Part shown: positions 24,079-33,984 of the stretch, in pieces
How the letters are laid out: the number at the start of each line of letters is the position of its first letter
Numbering within the stretch: the stretch's first letter is position 1
Position numbers and translations under genes: made by a program
Notes under the pieces: generated by a model
Database searches by the model: none
What the model was told of the DNA's origin: nothing
Seen by the model: only the letters and a program-made list of their open reading frames with translations
DNA from: a virus
Taxonomy: Duplodnaviria > Heunggongvirae > Uroviricota > Caudoviricetes
Direction: 5' to 3' (one strand)
IMG/VR virus record: IMGVR_UViG_3300031994_002305
Coordinates: 1-64,000 of that record
Length of the DNA: 64,000 bases

Positions 24079-24951
24079 ATGATTAATATATGCATATGCC
24101 AGTTAATTAAAGATGAACAGAGATATATAGAAGAATGGATTAATTATTACTTAAACTTAGGTATTAATAAATTCATTCTTTTTGAAGATTGGAATAGTTC
24201 ATCCCATAAAGAAGTATTAGAAAAATTTGGAGATAAAGTTATTATTCATAAATTACTTGATATAGTTAATGAAGAAGAACGTCAGCAATTAAAAAAAGGA
24301 TATTTACGTCAAATAATTGCATGGGAAATATTCTATAGACTTTATAAAGATCAATTTGATTGTTGTCTTTTTATTGATCCTGATGAATTTATTATTTATG
24401 ATACAAAAGAAAACTTTTACAAAGAAATAGAAGAATATGCTTCTAAAGAATTATATCCAGATATTAAATATGTAAAATATAGATGGCAGATAATGACATC
24501 AAATGGTCATATTAAAGATCCACATCCAAATGAAAAATATTCTATATTGAATACATACACAATACCATTTATAGAAGATGAAACTGAATATATAAATAGA
24601 TGTATTTATCAAAAAGATCATGGATTAATGATAGAAGACTATAATTTAAATTGTAAGAATTTAATCTATCTTTATAAAATGAATAGCTGTTTTGATAATT
24701 TTTATGATATTCCTCATAATGTTGGGTTAATCTATAATTTTGTTTTTTCTGAATATAGAATCAATCATTATGTATTGAAATCATTTGAAGAATATAAAGA
24801 TAAACTATTTAATAAAGGTGAACAAATAGAAGCAATATTTTCTAGAAAAATAGATTTCTTTTTTAAAATTAATAAAGATCTTATAAAGTATAAAAATGAA
24901 TTATTAAAAGAATGTAACTATTTAACATATAAATATAATGATAATTTTTAA
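24079..24951 (+). CDS. Glycosyltransferase, GT-A fold (GT92/GT2_4-like)
   Basis: Motifs IKDEQRYIEEWINYYLNLG, FIDPDEFI and INHYVLKSFEEY. Confidence 0.75.
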   Translation: MINICICQLIKDEQRYIEEWINYYLNLGINKFILFEDWNSSSHKEVLEKFGDKVIIHKLLDIVNEEERQQLKKGYLRQIIAWEIFYRLYKDQFDCCLFIDPDEFIIYDTKENFYKEIEEYASKELYPDIKYVKYRWQIMTSNGHIKDPHPNEKYSILNTYTIPFIEDETEYINRCIYQKDHGLMIEDYNLNCKNLIYLYKMNSCFDNFYDIPHNVGLIYNFVFSEYRINHYVLKSFEEYKDKLFNKGEQIEAIFSRKIDFFFKINKDLIKYKNELLKECNYLTYKYNDNF

Positions 24952-24963
24952 AGAATTAAATAT

Positions 24964-25458
24964 ATGGACATAGGAAGTGGAAACGGTTACCCAAATGCAG
25001 CTTTATCAAATTTTGCTCCACACCCATTTATTATTGATGGTGTAGAATGTGCATCAATGGAAGGATTTTTACAAAGCCTTAAATTTGAATCTATTGATAT
25101 GCAAAGATATGTTTGCACATTAGTTGGTAAAGCAGCAAAGAAAAAGGGTCATAAAAAGAATTGGCAGCAAAAACAAGAATTATATTGGAATGGACTAGTA
25201 TATAAAAGAGACTCCGATGAATATCAAAACCTTCTTAACAGAGCCTATAATAGACTTTTTAAAAATAGCGGATTCTACAAAGCTCTGCAAGCTACAAATG
25301 GAGCGACTTTGGAACATTCTATTGGAAAAAACAAGAGTTCCGAAACAGTACTTACAAGACAGGAGTTCTGCTCTAGACTTACTCATTTACGAGACAAAGG
25401 AGAACTTCCAGAATACGATACAAAAGAACAACCAAAACAGTTGGAACTTGGAATATGA
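24964..25458 (+). CDS. T4 gp30.3-like NADAR protein
   Basis: YPNAALSNFAPHPFIIDGVECASMEGFLQSLK, LYWNG, ALQAT and LEHSIG match the recalled gp30.3 family. Confidence 0.8.
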   Translation: MDIGSGNGYPNAALSNFAPHPFIIDGVECASMEGFLQSLKFESIDMQRYVCTLVGKAAKKKGHKKNWQQKQELYWNGLVYKRDSDEYQNLLNRAYNRLFKNSGFYKALQATNGATLEHSIGKNKSSETVLTRQEFCSRLTHLRDKGELPEYDTKEQPKQLELGI

Positions 25459-25495
25459 AGCAACTTATTTAAATTATAAAATGAATTCATTATGA
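25217..25495 (+). CDS. Putative overprinted +1-frame gene (T4 30.3'-like arrangement)
   Basis: 92 aa ORF inside the 3' half of the 30.3-like gene, with local loss of third-position AT bias. Its TGA overlaps the next gene's ATG (ATGA at 25492-25495). Confidence 0.55.
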   Translation: MNIKTFLTEPIIDFLKIADSTKLCKLQMERLWNILLEKTRVPKQYLQDRSSALDLLIYETKENFQNTIQKNNQNSWNLEYEATYLNYKMNSL

Positions 25496-25998
25496 GAATA
25501 ACAGATAAATATGTCTTTTTTTATAAAGACTGGTTAAGTAATTATCAAAAGACTAATTTTTATTTACCATCTAAAGAATGTCCTATATTTACATTTAGAA
25601 CAACTGAACAAGCATTTATGTATTTTAAAGCATTATGTTTCAAAGATTTTAAAACTGCTGAAGAAATATATAATTGTGGAGAAAATCCAGATAAATGTAG
25701 ACAATTAGGTCGTAAAGTAATGTGGTATAATGATGAAGTTTGGTCAACAGTTAGATATAAATTATTTTATGAATTAAATTATCAAAAATATTATCAAGAT
25801 GAAAAACTTAAAGCTAAATTATTAGATCCACAATTTGACGGTAAGATATTTGTAGAAGCTAGTCCTATTGATAAAATTTGGGGAGTTGGTCTTGATGAAA
25901 ACAATCCTTTGATTGATGACAAATCAAATTGGAAAGGTAAAAATTATTTAGGTCAAATTTTAACAAATGTAAGAGAAGAATTATTAAGATATGAATAA
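25492..25998 (+). CDS. NADAR (YbiA-like) N-glycosidase
   Basis: Motifs WLSNY, TTEQAFMYFKA, QLGRKV, FVEASPIDKIWGVG and GKNYLGQILTNVRE. Confidence 0.92.
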   Translation: MRITDKYVFFYKDWLSNYQKTNFYLPSKECPIFTFRTTEQAFMYFKALCFKDFKTAEEIYNCGENPDKCRQLGRKVMWYNDEVWSTVRYKLFYELNYQKYYQDEKLKAKLLDPQFDGKIFVEASPIDKIWGVGLDENNPLIDDKSNWKGKNYLGQILTNVREELLRYE

Positions 25999-26710
25999 TA
26001 TTGATTATAACTTAGGTATATTAAAACGATTAATTGCTGGTACAATAAACAATAAACCTTATGTAATGCTTAATGATGTAGAGTATATCATAAAAAATAG
26101 TGGTATATTTGAAGAAGAAAATAAATTTACAAAACCAATTGAAAAATCTATAATGGATTTACTAGATAGACGTCATTCTAAATGGCCTGATTATTATGAT
26201 AAATGCGATGCACAAGATTATCATGAATGGTTTATTAAAGGCACTAATATTAAACTTGGTTTCGATTATATAGATGGTGAAACAAATGAACATTGTTGGT
26301 ATTGTATAGTTTGTGATGGATATGATCAAATGGATCCTTATGATAGTGAAGAAGAATTTATAAAACATTTAGAATGGATGATAATGAATGAAAATTTAAT
26401 TTGGAGATATTATGAGTAAAAAAGTATATTGTATTGAAGAATGGTGGCATGAGCCAAATCGTTTAGGATATCCTAAAGAAAGTTTTATAGATGGAAGTTT
26501 TTGGGGATGCATGGAAACTCCATGGAAAATAGGATGCTATGATTTTATACAAGAATTTGATGATGAAGAACAATTTAAAGAAGAATTAATTAAAATCATT
26601 AATAGGGGTGGTATAATTGGTAAAATATTTATTGAAGAACGTGATATAAATGATTCACCAAAATATATACATAAAATTAAAATTTAACATTACATTATCT
26701 ATATAATCAT

Positions 26711-26739
26711 TAGGGAGGTATTTAATACTTCCCTATTTT
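26711..26739 (+). terminator. Intrinsic terminator
   Basis: TAGGGAGGTA/TACTTCCCTA stem plus TTTT. Confidence 0.75.
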
Positions 26740-26772
26740 GTTCTATATATAATTTAATATATATGACTTATT

Positions 26773-28665
26773 ATGACAATTAATAGAGATACGATTGAAC
26801 AGTATGTTAAAGAATGGGTAAATGAAAAAATTGGAGAAGAATTTGAATTTAGGACATATCAACTTGAAACTATAATTAATATAATTGAAAATATAATTAA
26901 TCATCAGCATCGTAATTATATTATTGAAGCACCTACAGGTTCAGGTAAATCATTAATAAGTATTATATCTGCTGGTGTTTTAGCTGATTATTTTGATTTA
27001 ACGTCATATATACTTGTATCTGATTTGTTTCTTTGGGAACAATATGAAAACTTTTTAAAGAAATATAAATATACAGGTATTGCTTCTTTAAAAGGACAGA
27101 CGGGAAATTATGTTTGTCAACTCAATAAAGAAGATATGAAAAATGCAGATTGTAAAATGGCAGGTCTTTCGTGGGCTGCTATGTTTAATCCTGCGACAAT
27201 TCAAAAATATGGATATGACTGTGCGTATACTTGCGAATATGTAAAAGCTCGTAAAAAAGCAATTAAAGCTAAAGTTTGTATTATGACTTATCAATTATTC
27301 TTATTTGTAATGAATAATCCTGACTTTAATCAAGATACACATGGTATTCCTATATTTAAACCACATGATGTACTGTTTTGTGATGAGTGTCATAATGTAC
27401 CTGGCATAGTCCAACAACAATATTCGCCTACAATTAAAGAAACAGATTTTGATAAATTGGAATTACTATTTAATGGGAATATTGGTTTGGAAGGTGATTT
27501 ATTTAAAGAAGCAGAAACACCAACAGATGTAAAAAGAAAATTATCAAGATTTAAATCTGTTCATGAATTAAGAAATGAATTGGATTCATTTTGGAAATTA
27601 TGGATTAATACTGAAAGTCGTAAAGATGAAGATTATGAATTAATGAACAAGTATGAAAAAATACTTGATGCATTTTCAGATACATGTACAGAAATAAAAA
27701 ATCAAATATCTGTCAAGAAAACATCAAATAGTTATATATCAAAAGATGATATTACATTATTTAAAACAGCTTCTTGGTATGAAAATTATATGTGTCATTG
27801 GCATGATTTTAATGATGCTATTCGCAATACTGGAGTAGAATATTTATTAAAAGAAGTAACAGTATCAAATGAAGATAAACATATTTCAGTAGCATTTAAG
27901 TGTACTAAAGAAGATTATTTAGTATATAATTATCTTTTAAGTACAGCTCCTTATAAAGTATTCTTATCAGCAACTGTTGGTGGTAAAGCTGCGTATGATG
28001 AAAATATGGGATTTAGATTTGATTTGGATTTAGAAAAAGATGAAAAATTAAATGAATCAAAAATGGAAACTATTCCATCAACTTTTGATTTTTCAAAATC
28101 ACCAATTCATTTTCTTAATAAGTTTAAAATGTCTTTTAAAGAAAAAGATATATCATTTAGACATTTAAAAACTGTTATATATTCTATTTGTGATACTAAG
28201 TTCAGTGGACAGAAAGGTTTAATACAAACAGGATCATATGCATTTGCTAAACAATTATATGATGATGCCCCTTATAATATAAAACAAAGAATGTTAGTAT
28301 ATAATGGTTCACATGAAAAGAACACAGTAATTCAGATTCATCAAATGTCATCAGATACAATATTAGTTGGTCCTACATTAAATGAAGGTGTAGACTTACC
28401 AGGCGATGATTGTAGATTTATAATAATATTGAAAGTTCCATATCCAAGTTTGGCGAATAAAATTGTTAAAGAAAAGATAAAATTATTTCCATTATGGTAT
28501 GAATCATCTACATCAAATCAGATTATACAAGGAATAGGCCGTGGTGTTCGTTATAATGGAGATTGGTGTGTGTCTTATATTCTTGATGCATGTTTTTGGA
28601 ATTTATATTTATCTACAAAAGATCAATATCCAGAAGAATTTAAAAATAGACTTAATATTATATAA
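26773..28665 (+). CDS. DinG/Rad3-family SF2 helicase
   Basis: Q-motif FRTYQ, EAPTGSGKS, Cys cluster, DECH, LSAT, EGVDLPGD, KVPYP and QGIGRGVR. Confidence 0.9.
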   Translation: MTINRDTIEQYVKEWVNEKIGEEFEFRTYQLETIINIIENIINHQHRNYIIEAPTGSGKSLISIISAGVLADYFDLTSYILVSDLFLWEQYENFLKKYKYTGIASLKGQTGNYVCQLNKEDMKNADCKMAGLSWAAMFNPATIQKYGYDCAYTCEYVKARKKAIKAKVCIMTYQLFLFVMNNPDFNQDTHGIPIFKPHDVLFCDECHNVPGIVQQQYSPTIKETDFDKLELLFNGNIGLEGDLFKEAETPTDVKRKLSRFKSVHELRNELDSFWKLWINTESRKDEDYELMNKYEKILDAFSDTCTEIKNQISVKKTSNSYISKDDITLFKTASWYENYMCHWHDFNDAIRNTGVEYLLKEVTVSNEDKHISVAFKCTKEDYLVYNYLLSTAPYKVFLSATVGGKAAYDENMGFRFDLDLEKDEKLNESKMETIPSTFDFSKSPIHFLNKFKMSFKEKDISFRHLKTVIYSICDTKFSGQKGLIQTGSYAFAKQLYDDAPYNIKQRMLVYNGSHEKNTVIQIHQMSSDTILVGPTLNEGVDLPGDDCRFIIILKVPYPSLANKIVKEKIKLFPLWYESSTSNQIIQGIGRGVRYNGDWCVSYILDACFWNLYLSTKDQYPEEFKNRLNII

Positions 28666-29846
28666 AAATGAATTTACTTGTATTAAAAATTGTTTTAATA
28701 TTCTTAACAATAAGAATTGTATTTTTGATTATAAAAAATTTAGTAATAATATTTTGGGATAAAGCAACTAAAGATTGTGCTGCTGAAATATTGAAAGATC
28801 CTGAGGATTATATACGAGAAGATCATATATGTAAATTTATGGTTGATATGATATGGCTTTATTTGTTTATTAAAGCACTTATAGGTGTTTATGCAGGACA
28901 AATTACAATTAATTAAATATGAATAAGACAATTAATTTCTTTTTAGAACAGGATGTTTTTGATCCACAGGAATTAAATAATTATGAAGGATTAAAAAGGG
29001 ATGAAAGCGGATATATGAAATATAGAATATGTCATACATATAAAGATACTTTACAAGCTTTAATAGATGATATTGACAATATATTTACGACATCTTTAAT
29101 TAATCTTAGTTTTGATTTAATAGGTCAAGGATATGACATATATCTTATAACAAAAAATAAACGAATTAAATGTTGTCCAGGTATGGATAATGATACAAAT
29201 AAAGATATTCGTATAGGACATAACATTAGAAAACTATTAATTGGTGGAGCTTTAGATCATACTTTAGATTTTGATCGTCCAGTAAAATTTAGAATTACAT
29301 TTGAAGATAAAGAAGATTCTTCAATAATGAAATTTTTAGTTGAATGGAAACAATTATTTGAAAATTCAAAAATTGAAGAAGATGAAAAATTAATTGAAGA
29401 TATAATTAAAGATGACGAATATATTGATTATGTAGATACAAAAGAATATGGATTATGTAAATTATACTCTTCAGGGTTCAAAAAGAATGGTAAAGTTGAT
29501 TTAGCGTTTCTTGATGGAAATAATAAAGCTCATATATTTAAAGATGGTAAATTTGTATGAAAGTGGAAAATATAGTATATGTTATTGGAAGAGGTAATTA
29601 ATTTATATAATAAAGATTAGTTATGAATAAAAAGAAAGAATTTTCAATAATTGGTAAAGTAATAGAAAAAACAATAGGATTTGATCTGGGGTGTGGTGTT
29701 AAACCTATGTCAGACGAAGAATCATGGGAATGGCATAAAAAACATGCTAGAATTAATGAAGATGGAACTATGACCATAAGTGCAGATGAAATAGGTGATG
29801 GTTCATATGAAAAGAAATATAAAAAACCATATAAAAGAAATTAATT

Positions 29847-30304
29847 ATGAACTGGTTTAAACAATGGCGATGTAAACATGAATATGAATTCGTTCGTAAT
29901 ATATATGGAGACGAAATAAATTGGTGTGGTGGATATCGTTCTGAATGGAGATGCAAAAAATGTGGCAAATCTGAATATAGAAGATATCTTCAAATAAATA
30001 CAATTGTTGATAAACTTGATAAACTTTATGATAAATATTATCAAGATATATATATGAAAAATGGTGTGATGATCATAAAGATATCTTGAATAGATTATTA
30101 TCTGAAATGATGCATAATGCTGAAAATGGTGAATGCTACATAGATTTTCTTTTAGCTTGTAAAGAATCAACTAATGATAAAAATTATTACGAAAAATGGT
30201 TTGAACAAAACAAACTTAAAACTGAAATAACATTGCAACAAGAAGAAAAATGTTTAGAAGTTAATGTATATAAGTTTCATGTTCGTTGGAAATATAAATA
30301 TTAA
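29847..30304 (+). pseudogene. Hypothetical gene split by a frameshift at an (AT)5 tract
   Basis: Removing one AT from 30046-30055 fuses ORFs 29847..30089 and 30086..30304 into one 151 aa frame (QDIYEKWCDDHKDILNRLLSEM...). Confidence 0.6.
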
Positions 30305-30764
30305 TAAATATGAGTAAAACAGTTTATAATACAGTATATGGTACGCGAATATATCCAATTGAGTATTTGTGTAATAATGAATTAACAGAATCAGATCTTA
30401 ATAACTTATTAGATAACAATAAAAAAGGACTATTACTTTCATTAGTTATTGGGATGTTTAAAACTATTAAAAGTACTAAACGAAACTTTCAAATAGTTAA
30501 GTTAATTAAATCTGATAAAAATTGGATGTATAAAACTAAATGGTCACAAGAACAAAGAGACAAATATGAAAACTTAGTTATAAATGCTTATAAAAACATA
30601 TATCAATATAAAGATTTGCAAGCTATATCATTAGCCCAATGGTTTATGACAATGTATGGTTTATCAGTTGAAGGCAATAATATAAATTTAGAAAAATAAT
30701 GTTAATTTTTGTTAATACAAACTATTGGTAAATATATCGTTCTAGAACTATCTAGAATGACATC

Positions 30765-30831
30765 TAAAGCTCATAATATTAGAAATAAATAAATTTATAA
30801 TTTAAAAATTTTTCTAATATTATGAGCTTTA
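30765..30831. repeat. 21 bp perfect inverted repeat with a 25 nt AT-only spacer
   Basis: TAAAGCTCATAATATTAGAAA (30765-30785) and TTTCTAATATTATGAGCTTTA (30811-30831). Confidence 0.9.
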
Positions 30832-30948
30832 AATGATGATTATTTATTTATTGAATTATTTTTTAATTTTATTCTATTTTTATATATTATCCACAAATAA
30901 TGAACATCTTATGGGTGTTATATACATAAATAAATTATATATAAAAAC

Positions 30949-31584
30949 GTGGAAATATTTATAGGAATAGATCCATCATTGAATAGTACTGGATTATGTT
31001 TACAGTTCTATGAAGATGGAAAATTTGTAAAAGATATGTATTATATTGTGAAGCCTAATAAATTAACTAAACGTGAAAAGACTGCACAAGAAACATTACT
31101 TAATTTTGATTATGCTTTATATGATAAAATTGATTTAGATATATATAAAGATAATAATTTATTTTCAGAATATTGGAAAACAGTTAATATGATAAGATTA
31201 GTTAAAATGATTAAACATTGTATTAATGATAATATTCAAGGAAGACAAAATGTTAAATTATATATTGTACAAGAAGGAATTAGTTATGGATCATCAATAA
31301 GAACAAAATCAGTATTTGATTTAGCAGGTTTAAATTATATGATACGTAATGAATTTATTGAAAAGGAAAATATATTATTCTTTATTACACCACCAACACA
31401 TATTAAGAAATTTGCAACAGGTATTGGAAACTGTAAAAAAGAAATGATTATTGAATTATTTAAAGCAACACATAAAGAATTAGCTGAAATATTACCAAAA
31501 GTTGATGATATTGCTGATGCATATTATATGAGTCAATATGCAAGACATTTATATTTAGAAGACAACAAAGAGGATAACGATTAA
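30949..31584 (+). CDS. RuvC-like Holliday junction resolvase
   Basis: Motifs IGIDPSLNSTG, VQEG, PTHIKKFATGIGNCKKE and DDIADA. Confidence 0.85.
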   Translation: MEIFIGIDPSLNSTGLCLQFYEDGKFVKDMYYIVKPNKLTKREKTAQETLLNFDYALYDKIDLDIYKDNNLFSEYWKTVNMIRLVKMIKHCINDNIQGRQNVKLYIVQEGISYGSSIRTKSVFDLAGLNYMIRNEFIEKENILFFITPPTHIKKFATGIGNCKKEMIIELFKATHKELAEILPKVDDIADAYYMSQYARHLYLEDNKEDND

Positions 31585-31595
31585 GTTATCCTCTT
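31568..31595. terminator. Bidirectional terminator between convergent genes
   Basis: AAGAGGATAAC/GTTATCCTCTT stem. Confidence 0.75.
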
Positions 31596-31613
31596 CTATT
31601 TTATATATTCAAA

Positions 31614-32918
31614 TTATTTTTGATTTTCTAACATCTTCAAATCTTTTGCAACTTTATTCAAAAGCGCAAGTCTAACAGGGTCATTCTTATATTGTTCTGC
31701 AAGCATTGCAATTTTCTTCTTACGAATTGTATATTGAGCTTCTTTATTTGCTTCAAGTTGTTCTTTAATTTCTTGTGCTTGTGGATCTAATTTCTTCATA
31801 TCTTCATTAATACGTTCTTCATACATTCCCTTAAGATCTACACCAGCAACCTTAATAACATTATTAAGAGCTTCAACCATGTAATCATAGTTATTAGTAG
31901 AAGAACCAGCATTAATTGAATTAAATACCGTCAAATTAACATTGTTCTTACCTTCAACAATAGCGCAAGTTGCATTCATAGATGTTAATAACTTACAGTT
32001 ATCAACAAGCATAATTGAATCCATATTTTCAAATACATCTGCAATAGCATTAGATACTTTCATTAATTGAAGTTTTTCAGCCATTGGAAGAACCTTTGAA
32101 AGATTATCACAATATTCTCTAAATTTAATATGATCTTCGAACTTTTCGTTAATACTATTATTAGTAAATGTTAATACTGCTTTTGTTTCATTAGTTTCAG
32201 CATCTACACTTTCATTAATTTCAAATTTATAATCACCACGAGAACCTCTATAAGAATAATATAAATTTTCACCATTACGTCCAAAGCTTTCTAATAACTT
32301 GTTAATTCTACCAAATGTTTTATCTGGACATTCATTTACTAATTCTACCTTTTCTTCGTTAATTTTAAATATCTTACCATAAACTGCAAAATATTTATCC
32401 TTTGTTTCATCATTTTCAAATACGTAAGAAATTGGGTTAACTACATTATAAGTTACTGCTTGAGCTTCTGTAACTTGAGTCTTATAAACTTCCTTGCATA
32501 TTGCTCTGAATTCTGGGATAAATTGAATACCCTTTAAAGAACCTGCTTTAATATAGCTTACAACATCAGCTTCATTCATCTCAAGAAGCTTCTCAACTTG
32601 TTGTACACCAATTGTCTTATTAAGATAATTATAAGGTGAATTGTTAGCAGATATGCTTTCACATGCTGATGCAAGTTTCCATGATATGTTATTTTCTTTT
32701 ATAAAACTGTTTACAGATTCTAAAATATTGGTTAAACCTGAATCAAAGCCATACTTACTAGCTTCTGCTATAAAACTGTTTACTAATCCGCAAGATACAG
32801 GATTTGAATAACAATATCCTTTATATCTGCTAAGCATTTCCTTACCTGCCTCAGTAATAGCTTCATTCTTACTTATAAGTTCGGCAAAGTTAAGGTTTGT
32901 CAATAATTTTGTGCTCAT
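31614..32918 (-). CDS. Putative head/core protein with many (I/L/V)xE protease-like sites
   Basis: ITEA, ILES, LLEM, VTEA, LLES, INES, INEK, IVEG and INED; late-strand context; coiled-coil C-terminus. Confidence 0.45.
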   Translation of the reverse strand: MSTKLLTNLNFAELISKNEAITEAGKEMLSRYKGYCYSNPVSCGLVNSFIAEASKYGFDSGLTNILESVNSFIKENNISWKLASACESISANNSPYNYLNKTIGVQQVEKLLEMNEADVVSYIKAGSLKGIQFIPEFRAICKEVYKTQVTEAQAVTYNVVNPISYVFENDETKDKYFAVYGKIFKINEEKVELVNECPDKTFGRINKLLESFGRNGENLYYSYRGSRGDYKFEINESVDAETNETKAVLTFTNNSINEKFEDHIKFREYCDNLSKVLPMAEKLQLMKVSNAIADVFENMDSIMLVDNCKLLTSMNATCAIVEGKNNVNLTVFNSINAGSSTNNYDYMVEALNNVIKVAGVDLKGMYEERINEDMKKLDPQAQEIKEQLEANKEAQYTIRKKKIAMLAEQYKNDPVRLALLNKVAKDLKMLENQK

Positions 32919-33057
32919 ACTTATATATATTTGTTATATTTTTATACAATTTCACAATGTATCAAAAGATACTTCGTTATATTTTATTAGATCAAATAAA
33001 TATTATCTTTCTACAAATAATATTTTATATAAAAATAAAATTTTTTATATTATTTAA

Positions 33058-33342
33058 TTACATTTTCCATCCCATTGTAACTCCTATTGAGCCTAAAACT
33101 AATTTAGATGTTAATAATGACCCAAATGTACCTTTAGGATCAACTCCTAACGCTTTACATAAAGCTCCGCCAAGTTTAGGACCAACTGTAGTACCTAAAA
33201 TAACTCCACCTATTGCACCTAAAATACCTTCTTCAATTGGTGTATTATTTTCTTTTGCTTCATTAAGTTTTTGTATTATTTCGTCATAAGCTAATGTTTC
33301 ATTAATTTGTTCACCATTAGCAAGTTCTTCCATTGATTTCAT
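33058..33342 (-). CDS. Small glycine-zipper hydrophobic protein with acidic propeptide
   Basis: ...INE...LNE...PIEE then GILGAIGGVILGTTVGPKLGGALCKALG. Confidence 0.6.
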   Translation of the reverse strand: MKSMEELANGEQINETLAYDEIIQKLNEAKENNTPIEEGILGAIGGVILGTTVGPKLGGALCKALGVDPKGTFGSLLTSKLVLGSIGVTMGWKM

Positions 33343-33343
33343 T

Positions 33344-33562
33344 TTAATCTTTCAATAAATTTAATAACTTTGTATCTACATCTTTAAATTTATCTTTATG
33401 ATCATTATATACTCCAGTAATTGCCCAGCCAACTGTCTTAGGTAATACTTCTTCCAATGTTTTACCTGACATTAACATTAATAAAGCTACAGGAGGAGTC
33501 ATTCTATCAAAATTTGGTTCTGGATAATGATCTTCTTTAATTAATTCATTTAAATGTTTCAT
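33344..33562 (-). CDS. Putative internal head protein (capsid-targeting N-terminus)
   Basis: N-terminus MKHLNELIKE. Confidence 0.55.
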   Translation of the reverse strand: MKHLNELIKEDHYPEPNFDRMTPPVALLMLMSGKTLEEVLPKTVGWAITGVYNDHKDKFKDVDTKLLNLLKD

Positions 33563-33563
33563 A

Positions 33564-33899
33564 TTAATATATCATCATATAAATTGTTTCAAGTTCTCCA
33601 CTAATACCCTGAATAATTTCAATTAAATCTTCATCTTTGGAATTATTATCATATAAGTCATTTAATAAATTTTCAGAAGCATCCCACATTTTTCTAATTT
33701 CTTTTGTGTCTGATTTAAATTCATTAGAACTAATTTCACCTGACTTCCATTTGAAATATAAATCAAATTGTTTTAATTCTTCATACTTATTAGATTTCCA
33801 AGTATTAATCATTTTTTCTTTAAACTTATCTTGTGCTTTAAAATATTCATTAGCACTATTATACTGTTCTTCTTTTATAAAATCTATTATATGTTTCAT
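33564..33899 (-). CDS. Putative internal head protein (capsid-targeting N-terminus)
   Basis: N-terminus MKHIIDFIKE. Confidence 0.55.
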   Translation of the reverse strand: MKHIIDFIKEEQYNSANEYFKAQDKFKEKMINTWKSNKYEELKQFDLYFKWKSGEISSNEFKSDTKEIRKMWDASENLLNDLYDNNSKDEDLIEIIQGISGELETIYMMIY

Positions 33900-33933
33900 A
33901 ACTTAACAAATAAATTGTTGTATATTTAATAAT

Positions 33934-33962
33934 AAAAAAGACCATATAACAAATATATGGTC
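33934..33962 (-). terminator. Intrinsic terminator after the AAA ATPase gene
   Basis: On the - strand: GACCATATA-TTTGT-TATATGGTC-TTTTTT. Confidence 0.8.
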
Positions 33963-33984
33963 ATTTATAATTAATATTTTAAAA

